DNA from: an uncultured delta proteobacterium
GTDB lineage: Bacteria; Myxococcota_A; UBA9160; UBA4427
Direction of reading: 5' to 3'
Length of the DNA stretch: 64,000 nucleotides
Assembly: GCA_963822965.1 (NCBI GenBank)
Contig: CAWGJT010000010.1
Span: forward strand, 608,001 to 672,000
Made by a program: the position numbers and the translations under genes. Each line of letters begins with the position of its first letter. Position 1 is the first letter of the stretch. The notes under the pieces were generated by a model. That model had not been told where the DNA came from. It searched no databases and saw only the letters and a program-made list of their open reading frames with translations. Positions 29,466 through 38,445 of the stretch are shown here, in pieces.

Positions 29466-30287
29466 TCAGGGGGTGCGTGACGGTCGCCGGTATGCTTCAC
29501 GCGCGCGAGCCCGGGAGCGTCTCCGCTCGCGGGGTGGCACGACCAGGCCCGCCGCCAGCCCGAGACCGACGAGCAGGACCGTGTCGGGCTCCGGCACGGC
29601 GAGGATGGCCTGCGTCAGCGCGTCGGCGATCTTGGCGTGACCCGATGCGTTCGGGTGGACGTCGCCGGGTGCAAAGTCGGAGACGTCGTCCAGCAGGTCG
29701 ATCAGGTCCGGCCCGCAGACCACGCCGGCCGTATCCGCGCAGATCGTGTTCACCCGGTCGCGGTAGCCGTGCAGGAGCGACACCGCCGTCTCGGAGACGT
29801 TCGCATCCGGAGCCGCCATCAGGATGACGGTGTGGACGCCGCCCGCGAAGAGTCCGTCCAGGATCTCGCGCATGTATCCCTCCCAGTCGTCGACCGGGGT
29901 GCTCTCGGGGAGGAAGAACCCGACCGAGTCGTTCGTGCCGAGCAGTACGGTGGCGACCTGCGCCGGCAGCGCCGGCGTGGCGAGCTCGTCGAAGACCGTG
30001 CCGGAGGCGTCGCAGATGTCCGGGCAGGGTGTTCCGGGCGCCCAGTAGTAGGCCGACAGGCCACCCTGCGCGACGTTCACCACGTCGTGGGTGCCCGCGA
30101 GGGCCTCGGCGACCAGCGTCGCGAAGGGAGGGCCGACGGGCTCGCTCACCATCCCGGCCGTGATCGAGTCGCCCAGCAGGAGCGTGCGGATGGGTGCCGC
30201 CAGCGCGGAAGGGGCCGCACCCAGCGAGAGCGCTGAGAGACCGATCGAGAGCCACCAGCGGGTCGTCGTGGGATGTCGCCGTTGCAC
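29466..30287 (-). CDS. SGNH/GDSL hydrolase with PEP-CTERM tail
   Basis: Signal peptide; LGDSIT, NVAQGG, LGTND, DVHPN blocks; VPEPDTVLLVGLGLAAGLVV followed by Arg-rich tail; start uncertain. Confidence 0.85.
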   Translation of the reverse strand: MQRRHPTTTRWWLSIGLSALSLGAAPSALAAPIRTLLLGDSITAGMVSEPVGPPFATLVAEALAGTHDVVNVAQGGLSAYYWAPGTPCPDICDASGTVFDELATPALPAQVATVLLGTNDSVGFFLPESTPVDDWEGYMREILDGLFAGGVHTVILMAAPDANVSETAVSLLHGYRDRVNTICADTAGVVCGPDLIDLLDDVSDFAPGDVHPNASGHAKIADALTQAILAVPEPDTVLLVGLGLAAGLVVPPRERRRSRARAREAYRRPSRTP

Positions 30288-30508
30288 CCTGCTTCGTGGT
30301 CTCTCGGAGCGCAAAGTGTCGGAATCGGGGCAGATTCGGATCGCATCCGGGTGCGGAAGGCTCGACGCGCCGTCGCATTCTGCCGGACCCGCCCGGGCCC
30401 GGTGAGTGCGGGCGGGTCTGCACGGACTCCTCCGGCGGGGCGACGTGCCACGCCGCTGGGCGATCGCGCCCCGGCTTCGGTGCCGCCGGAGCCCAGTCAG
30501 GCAGGCGG

Positions 30509-30525
30509 CTGGCACGCATGTTGCG
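30509..30525 (+). promoter_or_regulatory. Sigma-54 (-24/-12) promoter
   Basis: CTGGCACGCATGTTGCG matches TGGCAC-N5-TTGC exactly; intergenic, about 43 bp upstream of ATG 30568. Confidence 0.75.
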
Positions 30526-30567
30526 ACCTGGCGGCTCGAAGCCGCATGCCGCAGCAGGGAGCCCTGG

Positions 30568-32244
30568 ATGAGCGGATCGACGTCGGGCGAGCGCGAGGCC
30601 TGGGACGCCATCGTGATCGGGTCGGGGCTTGGCGGTCTCTGCACCGCCGCCTACCTGTGCGCCTCGGGCCGGCGCACGCTGGTGCTCGAGTCGCACTACG
30701 TCGCGGGGGGCAACTCCCAGGTCTTCCGCCGGAGCCACAAGGGAAGGGAGTACGAGTTCGACGTCGGCATCCACTACATCGGCGAGTGCGGGCGCGACGG
30801 CGTCATCACGGCCGTGCTCAACGGCCTCGGCCTGGCCGAGCGCGTGGTCTTCCGCCCGCTCGACCCGGACGGCTACTCGACCCTGCACTTCCCCGACCTC
30901 TCGTTCCGCATCCCGTTCGGCTGGGATCGCTACCGGGCCCGCCTGCTGGAGACGTTTCCCGACGAGCGCGGCGCCCTGACGTCGGTGCTCGACGTCATGC
31001 AGCAGGTGGCGCAGGCGGGCTTCCGCATGCAGCGGGGACGGCTCCCGTTCTCCCGACTCGCGAGCGAGGCGCCCACCTTCCTGCAGTGGGGGCTGCGCCC
31101 GGTGACCGAGCTCTTCGCCGAGCACCGGCTCTCGGCGCCCGCCGCCGCCGTGCTCCTGGGCGAGCAGGGCTGCTATGCGGTGCGTCCCTCGGATACCCCG
31201 GTGGTGATGGCGGCCGGGCTCACCGACCACTTCCTGCGTGGCGCCTACTACCCGGTGGGCGGCGGCCAGGTGATGGCCGGGCGCCTGATCGAGGCCATTC
31301 GCGCCTACGGGGGCGAGGTCCGCACCCAGAGCCCCGTCCACCGCATCCGCGTCGAGAACGGACGGGTCACGGGGGTCGTCACGGGCAAGCGGAACCGGAA
31401 GCCCATGGAGATCGACTCGCCGGTCGTCGTCTCCAACGCCGATCTCAAGCGCACGTTCTTCGAGCTCGTCGGCGAGGAGCACTGCGCGCCCGAGACCGTG
31501 GAGCGCATCCGCGGGCTGAAGATGGCCGTGCCGCTCTTCTGCATCTACCTCGGGCTCGACGTCGACCTGGGCGCGCGGGGCATGCCCAACAGCAACCACT
31601 TCATCTGGGGCGACTACGACATCGAGGGGGTCTACGACGAGCTGGACGCCGGCCAGCTCACGTCCAAGGCCATGTGCTACGTGACGGCAGCGAGCCTCAA
31701 GGATCCCGAGAGCACCCATCTCGCGCCTCCGGGCTACACGAATCTCCAGATCATGACGCTGGCGCCGCGGGACTACGGGGTGTGGCACGTCGAGCGGGGG
31801 CCGGCCGAGGGCGGCCGCTATCACCGCGACCCGGAGTACCGCAAGCGCAAGAGCGAGCTCACGGAGCAGCTGATCGACACCGCCCAGCAGATCATCCCCG
31901 ACCTGCGCGAGCACATCGACTGGAAGGAGGCCGCGACCCCCGTGAGCCAGGAGCGGTTCACCCATTCGACGGGCGGCACCTCCTACGGCATCGAGATGTC
32001 CTGCAGCCAGGCGGGGCCGCTGCGGGTGGGTCCGCGCACCGAGATCGAAGGCCTCTTCCTGTGCGGCGCGAGCACGCCCTCGGGTCCCGGCATCGCAGGC
32101 GTCATGCGCGGCGGGCTGCTGGCGGCGGGCGAGGTGCTCGAGACCGACCTGCTGGCCCCCGTTCTGGCGGGCCGCGTCTTCGGCGACCGCGATGCGCTCC
32201 CTGCGCTGCACGAGGGCTGGGACCCGTGGCGGGAGAGCCACTGA
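30568..32244 (+). CDS. Phytoene desaturase/retinol saturase-like FAD-dependent oxidoreductase
   Basis: IVIGSGLGGL, FDVGIHYIG, YYPVGG, VVSNAD, EAATP, GTSYG, GLFLCGAS...GPGI. Confidence 0.88.
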   Translation: MSGSTSGEREAWDAIVIGSGLGGLCTAAYLCASGRRTLVLESHYVAGGNSQVFRRSHKGREYEFDVGIHYIGECGRDGVITAVLNGLGLAERVVFRPLDPDGYSTLHFPDLSFRIPFGWDRYRARLLETFPDERGALTSVLDVMQQVAQAGFRMQRGRLPFSRLASEAPTFLQWGLRPVTELFAEHRLSAPAAAVLLGEQGCYAVRPSDTPVVMAAGLTDHFLRGAYYPVGGGQVMAGRLIEAIRAYGGEVRTQSPVHRIRVENGRVTGVVTGKRNRKPMEIDSPVVVSNADLKRTFFELVGEEHCAPETVERIRGLKMAVPLFCIYLGLDVDLGARGMPNSNHFIWGDYDIEGVYDELDAGQLTSKAMCYVTAASLKDPESTHLAPPGYTNLQIMTLAPRDYGVWHVERGPAEGGRYHRDPEYRKRKSELTEQLIDTAQQIIPDLREHIDWKEAATPVSQERFTHSTGGTSYGIEMSCSQAGPLRVGPRTEIEGLFLCGASTPSGPGIAGVMRGGLLAAGEVLETDLLAPVLAGRVFGDRDALPALHEGWDPWRESH

Positions 32245-32268
32245 GTCCCCGTCCCGCTGGCGCGGGGC

Positions 32269-33025
32269 TCAGATCCAGCCCTGCTCCTTGAACTTGTCCT
32301 CGAGGACCTTGGCGATCTCGTCGGCAATCCGATCGGCGGAGCCTTCCGCGGTGGTGCGGCCGCTGATCTCTCCCTCCGCCTTGACCGCGCCGCCGACGAC
32401 GAGGCCGATCGGGTTGGCGGTGGCGATCGTCACCGAGGGCCGGCACGACCAGGCCCGGCGACTTGCCGCCGCCGCCCGAGCCCACGGTGCCGCTGCCGAG
32501 CTTCACCAGGCCGCTCTCGGTCATGTGATACCCCTCGACGTGGGCCGCCACGCTCGCCGACCCCTTCCCGAAGCCGATGAGGACCCGCTCGGCCCCGCTT
32601 CCCTCGTCGATCGAGGTGAAGTAGCCGATCAGCACGATGTCATCGAGCTGCGGATCCGGCTGGCCTGCGGCTCGAACCGCGTTGATTCCCATCTTGTCGA
32701 TCTTGGCGACCAGCTCCTTGGCGACGTCGGCCCCGAGCTTGCGGCCGGCGGCGAGCTCCTCCGCGCTCACGTCGGCGGCGGCCTGGGCGTAGGCGCTCCG
32801 CGCCTGCGACCAGGCCGGAAGGTCCGCGGGCGCGGCTGCGAAGTCATACACGATGATGCGGCCGGGGCGCGGGAGATTCGCCCCCTCGTACTCCTGGCGA
32901 TCGGTGACCTCGGTGGACGCGCAGCCGGTGAGCAGGGCCAGTGCGAGCAGACCGGCCGCTCCGAGGCACCATCCGCGTGCGGCAGGTCGGGTGGAAGGGA
33001 ACGATCGGGCACTCGTCGTGGTCAT
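32269..33025 (-). pseudogene. DUF4410-like lipoprotein, one extra base near 32433 as sequenced
   Basis: Lipobox LTGC; IIVYDF, IDEGSGAERVLIGFGKG; removing one base restores ...VPALVTIATANPIGLVVGGAVK...KFKEQGWI-stop. Confidence 0.72.
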
Positions 33026-33288
33026 TCGGACGACTCCTTGGAGGGGGCAGGGCAGGAAGACCCGACTCTACCTCACATACCGCATCCCGGGTCGAGACGC
33101 GGACGCGGACGTGGAGGCGTCCCGACGCGCGGGCGGCCGCCCCACGACGCGAGGCGGGCGCCGCCGTGACGACCTCGAATCCCTCGCCGCGCACCGAGCG
33201 CCGTCGGCCGGGTGGTGTGCGCGCCGGAGGTCCGTGGGTCACCGGGCTCAGCGCGGCCCGAGGAGCGCGGGATCCGGCGGTGGCCGGC

Positions 33289-33663
33289 TCAGCCGGGAAG
33301 CTGGCTCTGGAACTGCTTCATGTCGAAGTAGTCGCGCCAGCCGCAGATCTTGCCGTCGCGCAGGTCGAAGCTTCCCATCACGGGAAGCTCCACCCACTTC
33401 TCGCCCATGTGGAATCGGTCGGTCCGTTCCGTGAGCACCACGCCCCCGGCGGTCTCGGCGAGGTTGTGGGTCACCCAGTCGATCTCGCTGGCCATGCCCA
33501 TGAAGCCCTGAAGCACTCCGCGGATCGCGTCGAGGCCCTTCACGGGCGCCACGGGGACGTTGTGGTAGACGCAGTCGTCGGTGAAGAAGCTCATCACGCG
33601 CTCGAGATCGTTCCGGTTGAAGGCGTCGATGAAGTCCCGGACGATGGCCTGGTTGTCGCTCAT
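33289..33663 (-). CDS. Limonene-1,2-epoxide hydrolase family (NTF2-like) protein
   Basis: VYHNVP, VLTERTD, LPVMGSF, WRDYFD, including the LEH-type Tyr/Asn/Arg/Asp/Asp residues. Confidence 0.9.
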   Translation of the reverse strand: MSDNQAIVRDFIDAFNRNDLERVMSFFTDDCVYHNVPVAPVKGLDAIRGVLQGFMGMASEIDWVTHNLAETAGGVVLTERTDRFHMGEKWVELPVMGSFDLRDGKICGWRDYFDMKQFQSQLPG

Positions 33664-33714
33664 GAGAACCTCCGTTTCGTCGTGGAGACGGTTGCGCGGC
33701 TCGGCACCGCGGAA

Positions 33715-34260
33715 TCAGCCCTGGCGCTCGTGGAGCGGCGCGATGCTGGCCTTGTGGAACTGGAGCTTCGGCTTTGCGCCGGCGAATTCGACGTCGTCCG
33801 AGGTGACCGCGCGAAGCGCCAGGGCACGGTCCTCCTCGCTGAAGGTGCCGGTGGTGGTGCAGAACTCGACCAGGGTGCCGCCGGGATCGGTGGTGTAGAC
33901 CGAGTAGCACCAGTCGTGGTCGATCTCGAGCACCCCATAGCCGTTGTCGAGCCAGCGCTGCTTGGCCTTCTCGATGTCAGCGAGATCGCGGGCCCCGAAG
34001 GCCACGTGGTTCACCCATTCCGGGAGACCCACCGCCCGGGAGATCCCGGTCTCGAAGTCCTGGGGCAGGCTGTCGTCGTGCAGCTCCCAGAACGCCATCA
34101 TCTCGCCGCCGCCCGTCTCGTAGAAGAAGTGCTTGGCCCAGCCGCCGTCCGGGGTGCGGGCCACCTCGACCTTCACCAGATCGAAGCCCATGGCCTGGCT
34201 GTAGAAGACGTGGGTTGCCTGCATGTTGCGCGTCGCGAGGGCGAGATGGTGGAAGGGCAC
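33715..34260 (-). CDS. VOC/glyoxalase family protein
   Basis: FHHLALAT, HFFYETGGG..AFWE, NHVAF, DHDWCYSVYTTDPGG.LVEF. Confidence 0.85.
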   Translation of the reverse strand: MPFHHLALATRNMQATHVFYSQAMGFDLVKVEVARTPDGGWAKHFFYETGGGEMMAFWELHDDSLPQDFETGISRAVGLPEWVNHVAFGARDLADIEKAKQRWLDNGYGVLEIDHDWCYSVYTTDPGGTLVEFCTTTGTFSEEDRALALRAVTSDDVEFAGAKPKLQFHKASIAPLHERQG

Positions 34261-34411
34261 GGGAATCCTCCTGTCGAAGGCCTGGGACGCCCGTCAGTAT
34301 ACCTGTGACGGGGCTCACTCCAGCGGGGCCGTCGACCGGACGATGAGAGGGGACCGGGCCCGCCCCGGGACCCAGCGGGGACCGGCCGGACTCAGCAAGG
34401 GGAGAGCCGCC

Positions 34412-34696
34412 ATGGGCAAGAAGGTCATGATCGCTCTGGTCCTCATCGCCGCCGCCTCCATCTATCTCACCATCAAGGAGCAGGGCCGGGACGAGGCCTT
34501 CGGCGGTGCGCTGGCACCGCTCGAGAGTGCTCGGGCCAGCGACGGCGAGGCGCATGCGCCGCTGGCGGCGGCGCTCGCCACCGGCGGTTCGGGTTCCGGC
34601 GGGACCGCGCAGTCGAACTACGGCCAGATGGTGAACCGCGTTCGCACCAAGGTGAACGGCGCCATGGACCAGTCGGTGAAGCGCTCCTCGCGCTGA
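34412..34696 (+). CDS. Small hypothetical protein with N-terminal membrane anchor
   Basis: AAGGGGAG RBS, ATG 34412, basic plus hydrophobic N-terminus, GC3-rich codons. Confidence 0.6.
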   Translation: MGKKVMIALVLIAAASIYLTIKEQGRDEAFGGALAPLESARASDGEAHAPLAAALATGGSGSGGTAQSNYGQMVNRVRTKVNGAMDQSVKRSSR

Positions 34697-34792
34697 TCCC
34701 GTCCTCCGGGCGCGCCACGCCCGGGTTGCCGGCTCGACCCATCCTCCGGACGCATCGGACCGTCCCCTGGGCGGTTCGCTAGCGTTGGGGCG

Positions 34793-34984
34793 ATGAAGGT
34801 CCGCATCGATCGCGATCTCTGTCAGGGACACGGGGTCTGCATGGGGGAGGCGCCCGAGGTCTTCCGCGTGGACGACGACGGCCACGTCACGATCCTGCTC
34901 GAGGAGCCGCCCGGAGAGCTGCGCGGCAAGGTGGCCGACGCGGTTCGCTACTGCCCGACCGGTGCGATCTCCGTGGAGGACTGA
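34793..34984 (+). CDS. Ferredoxin, [3Fe-4S] P450-partner type
   Basis: CQGHGVC...APEVF...CPTGAI in 63 aa. Confidence 0.92.
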   Translation: MKVRIDRDLCQGHGVCMGEAPEVFRVDDDGHVTILLEEPPGELRGKVADAVRYCPTGAISVED

Positions 34985-34997
34985 CGGCGCCGTGCTC

Positions 34998-36452
34998 ATG
35001 TCCTATGGCCGCGCGTTCGCGTGGCACGCCGAACGCGATCCCGACGCGGTAGCTGTGACCTGCAGCGATCGGGTGACCACCTGGGGCGAGATCGATCGAC
35101 GGTCGAACCGCCTGGCCCGCACCTACGCGAAGAAGGGCGTAGGCGAGGGCGATCTGGTCACCCTCGCGTTGCCGAACGGCATCGAGTTCCTCGAGGTGTG
35201 CCTGGCGGTGTGGAAGCTCGGGGCGACCCCGAACCCGGTCTCGTCGCACCTGCCCGAGCCCGAGCGGCGGGCGATCTTCCAGACCGCCGAGCCGGCACTG
35301 CTGGTGGGCGTGCCGGACGGCGCGCATCCCGAAACGGCGACCGTGCCGCCCGGCTTCGATCCGGTGGACGAAGACGACGGTCCGCTGCCCGACGTGGTAC
35401 CGCCCTCGGCCCGGGCGATGACCTCCGGCGGCAGCACCGGGCGTCCCAAGGTGATCCTGGATCTCACCCCGGCGCGCTGCGATCCCGAGGTGCCCGAGAA
35501 CCGCATGACCGCCGGCGGCACCACGCTGGTGCCCGGTCCGCTCTATCACGCGGGCCCCTTCATCACCGCCTGGCAGTCGCTGCTCTCCGGCCGTCGCGTC
35601 GTGCTCATGGAGCGGTTCGATGCGTCCGCCTGCCTGATGCTCATCGAGAAGCACGCGGTCGACTGGGTGCTCTTCGTTCCGACCATGATGCAGCGAATCT
35701 GGAAGCTGCCCGAGGCCGAGCGGAACGCGCGCGACCTGTCGTCGCTGCGGACGGTGATGTGCAGCGGCGCGCCGAGCCCGCAGTGGCTCAAGCGGGCCTG
35801 GATCGAGTGGCTCGGCCCCGAACGGATCCACGAGGCCTACGGGGGCTCCGAGCGCATCGGCGGCACCCAGATCTCGGGCAGCGAGTGGCTCGAGCATCCG
35901 GGCTCGGTGGGACGGCCCACCGGCGGCCGCAAGATGCGCATCCTGGACGCCGACGGGCGTGAGCTGCCCCCGGGCGAGGTGGGCGAGGTGTTCATGATGC
36001 CGCCGGGCGGGCAGGGCTCCACGTACCGCTACATCGGTGCCCGCGCCACGACCAGCGCCGACGGCTGGGAGTCGCTGGGCGACATGGGCTACCTGGACGC
36101 AGACGGCTACCTCTATCTCGTCGACCGCAAGACGGACATGATCGTGACGGGGGGCGCCAACGTGTACCCCGCCGAGGTCGAGTCGGCGATCGACAGCCAT
36201 CCGGCCGTGCGCTCGAGCGCGGTGGTGGGACTACCCGACCCGGATCTCGGCCAGCGCATCCACGCCATCGTGGACGCGCCCGACGCGGCGGCGCGCGGTC
36301 TCGACGAGGCGGCCCTGCGCGCGCACCTGGCCTCGCGCCTGGTTCGCTACAAGATTCCCCGGACCTTCGAGTTCGTGGCCGAGCCGCTCCGCGACGACGC
36401 CGGCAAGGTGCGTCGTCCGGCCCTGCGCGAGGCCCGGCTCTCGAAGGACTGA
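34998..36452 (+). CDS. Acyl-CoA ligase (AMP-binding; FadD or bile-acid-CoA-ligase-like)
   Basis: TSGGSTGRPK, GPLYH, YGGSE, LGDMG, DRKTDMIVTGGANVYPAE, YKIP, GKV. Confidence 0.9.
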   Translation: MSYGRAFAWHAERDPDAVAVTCSDRVTTWGEIDRRSNRLARTYAKKGVGEGDLVTLALPNGIEFLEVCLAVWKLGATPNPVSSHLPEPERRAIFQTAEPALLVGVPDGAHPETATVPPGFDPVDEDDGPLPDVVPPSARAMTSGGSTGRPKVILDLTPARCDPEVPENRMTAGGTTLVPGPLYHAGPFITAWQSLLSGRRVVLMERFDASACLMLIEKHAVDWVLFVPTMMQRIWKLPEAERNARDLSSLRTVMCSGAPSPQWLKRAWIEWLGPERIHEAYGGSERIGGTQISGSEWLEHPGSVGRPTGGRKMRILDADGRELPPGEVGEVFMMPPGGQGSTYRYIGARATTSADGWESLGDMGYLDADGYLYLVDRKTDMIVTGGANVYPAEVESAIDSHPAVRSSAVVGLPDPDLGQRIHAIVDAPDAAARGLDEAALRAHLASRLVRYKIPRTFEFVAEPLRDDAGKVRRPALREARLSKD

Positions 36453-36458
36453 CCCCGA

Positions 36459-36495
36459 CCCGTTCGCCGATCCCGTTCGCCGACCCATTCGCCGA
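36459..36495 (+). repeat. Short tandem repeat CCCRTTCGCCGA x3
   Basis: Copies at 36459, 36472 and 36484 in the gap before the RBS of the next gene. Confidence 0.7.
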
Positions 36496-36510
36496 AAAAG
36501 GAGACGAAGC

Positions 36511-36969
36511 ATGGCACCCCTCTCGCTCCAGCAGGTCTCCGACCGCATCGAGATCAACGATGTGCTCGTCCGCTACACGGCCGCCATCGACCAGAAGGAC
36601 TGGGCGCTCCTCGACCGCTGCTTCACGAAGGACGCGCACCTCGACTATACGAGCGCGGGGGGCATCGCGGGCGACTATCCGCAGGTGCGCGCCTGGCTCG
36701 AGAAGGCCCTCGCGCCGTTTCCGGTGACGGCCCACTACGTGACGAACTCGAGGGTGGAGCTCCACGGCGACGAGGCCAGCGCCCGGACGGCGGTCCTCAA
36801 CCCCATGCAGTTCCGCAACCCCGACGGATCGATGCACCACTTCACCGTGGGCGCCTACTACAACGACCGGCTGGTCCGCACCTCCGACGGCTGGCGCATC
36901 CGCGAGCGCGTCGAGGAGAATGCCTTCCTGGAGGGCTCCTTGCCCAAGGCGCTCTCGATTCCCGGCTGA
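36511..36969 (+). CDS. NTF2/SnoaL-like (SnoaL_4) protein
   Basis: DRIEINDVLVRYTAAID.KDW, HYVTN, GAYYND...GWRI. Confidence 0.88.
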   Translation: MAPLSLQQVSDRIEINDVLVRYTAAIDQKDWALLDRCFTKDAHLDYTSAGGIAGDYPQVRAWLEKALAPFPVTAHYVTNSRVELHGDEASARTAVLNPMQFRNPDGSMHHFTVGAYYNDRLVRTSDGWRIRERVEENAFLEGSLPKALSIPG

Positions 36970-36984
36970 TTCCGGAGCCCCCGC

Positions 36985-37524
36985 ATGAGGCGCGTTCTCG
37001 GTTGGCTGGCCCCCGCGCTGCTGGTGGTCGTGGCGCTGCTCCAGATCCAGCTCACGACGCGGACGTCCCTCAGTCCCTGGAAGCTCGGCGGCTTCGGGAT
37101 GTACTCCGGCGTGGACGCCATCGGGGCGCGCTGGATTCGCAGCCAGGTGGTGACGCCGATGGGGACGTTGCCCGTCTCCTTCGGCCGCCTGCAGGCCGAC
37201 GTGCCCGGGCTCGAGACGTTCTCGCGCAACGTGCGTTCCTGGCCCGACCCGGCCTCCCTGGGCGCGCTCGGGCAGGCGCTCCTCGCGGGCGACCGGGTGT
37301 GGGCGGACTGCACGCCCGCCTCCCTGCAGAAGACGGCCGGCGAGGGCACCCGCATCTCCGGCCACTTCGTGCGTCTGCTCTCCGTGCGCGAGCTGCGACA
37401 GCAGGGGTGTCGCCGGCTGCCCGTGAAGGCGCTCCGGCTCGAGGTCTGGCGCTACCGCTACACGTCGTTCGATCGGCGCCTCGCGGGCGAGAAGCTCGCC
37501 GAGGTCGTGGTGACCGGCTCGTGA
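36985..37524 (+). CDS. Hypothetical membrane-anchored protein, partner of the HTTM-like gene
   Basis: N-terminal TM then LSPWKLGGFGMYS; stop overlaps the next start (GTGA). Confidence 0.65.
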   Translation: MRRVLGWLAPALLVVVALLQIQLTTRTSLSPWKLGGFGMYSGVDAIGARWIRSQVVTPMGTLPVSFGRLQADVPGLETFSRNVRSWPDPASLGALGQALLAGDRVWADCTPASLQKTAGEGTRISGHFVRLLSVRELRQQGCRRLPVKALRLEVWRYRYTSFDRRLAGEKLAEVVVTGS

Positions 37525-38435
37525 CGGCCGCACTCTGGCGCCGCGTCGAGCCCCGGCTGCGCGCCGCGGGAAGCCCCCTCGATCTCGCCGCCCTGCTCAC
37601 GTTCGTGATGTTCCTCTACTACGCGAACGATCCGGACTTCCCGTTCATGGCCTTCGGCCCGTTGTCGGCGGCCGCGCTGGTGGCGGGCCTCGTCTGGCCG
37701 GGGCTGCGCCGCTCGCGACTCCTGTGGCTGTATCTGGCCGTGGTCGTCGTGTGGGCCCGGATCCCGCTGCTGCTGGTGATGGACAACCACCACTTCCTGA
37801 TCGCCTACTGGTGCATCGCGATGGCGGCGTGCCTGCTCGCCGAGCCCCGGCGTCCCGACGCGCTGGTGGCCCGCAACGCGCGCCTGCTGGTGGGGCTCGC
37901 CATGGCCTTCGCGGTGTTCGCGAAGCTGCGCTCGGGCGAGTTCGCGGACGGCTCGTTCTTCGAGTTCCTGCTGCTGGCGGGCGACCGCTTCGCGGCTTTC
38001 TCGGAGCTGGTGCTGCGGGTGCCGGCGGCGGACCTCGTCGCGAATCGCCAGGCCGTGGCGAGCCTGCTCACGCCGAGCGTCTCGGCGGACTGGGTGAGCG
38101 AGGTGGCGCTGCGCGGTCCGGAGCGCGTGCACGTCGTGGCGCTCGGCCTCGCCCTCTGGACCCTGGCCATCGAGAGCGTGGCCGCGGTGGCCTTCCTGTG
38201 GCCGGGGCGCGGCGCCCGGGTGCGCGCCGTGCGCCACGGCGCGCTCCTCACGTTTGCGGTCACCACCTACTCCATTGCGACCGTCGGTGCCTTCGCGTGG
38301 ATCCTGCTCATCCTCGGGGTGGCCCAGTGCGAGGAGGACGAGCGGCTGGCCCGCTTCGGGTACAGCGCCGCGTTCCTGCTGGTGCTGGTCTACACGCTGC
38401 CCTGGGGCGACGCCCTGCGGGCGCTGGGGCTCTGA
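37521..38435 (+). CDS. Polytopic membrane protein, HTTM-like
   Basis: Multiple TM segments; DNHHFLIAYW, FAVFAKL...F.DG, LAIE motifs resemble HTTM/VKGC/SdpB. Confidence 0.6.
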   Translation: MTAALWRRVEPRLRAAGSPLDLAALLTFVMFLYYANDPDFPFMAFGPLSAAALVAGLVWPGLRRSRLLWLYLAVVVVWARIPLLLVMDNHHFLIAYWCIAMAACLLAEPRRPDALVARNARLLVGLAMAFAVFAKLRSGEFADGSFFEFLLLAGDRFAAFSELVLRVPAADLVANRQAVASLLTPSVSADWVSEVALRGPERVHVVALGLALWTLAIESVAAVAFLWPGRGARVRAVRHGALLTFAVTTYSIATVGAFAWILLILGVAQCEEDERLARFGYSAAFLLVLVYTLPWGDALRALGL

Positions 38436-38445
38436 AGCCGGCGCC

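Noticed and set aside
30568..32244. Carotenoid biosynthesis cluster (crtI)
   Set aside because: No phytoene synthase, GGPP synthase or cyclase nearby; the family includes many non-carotenoid enzymes
36459..36495. Possible CRISPR mini-array
   Set aside because: 12-bp units with no spacers and no cas genes
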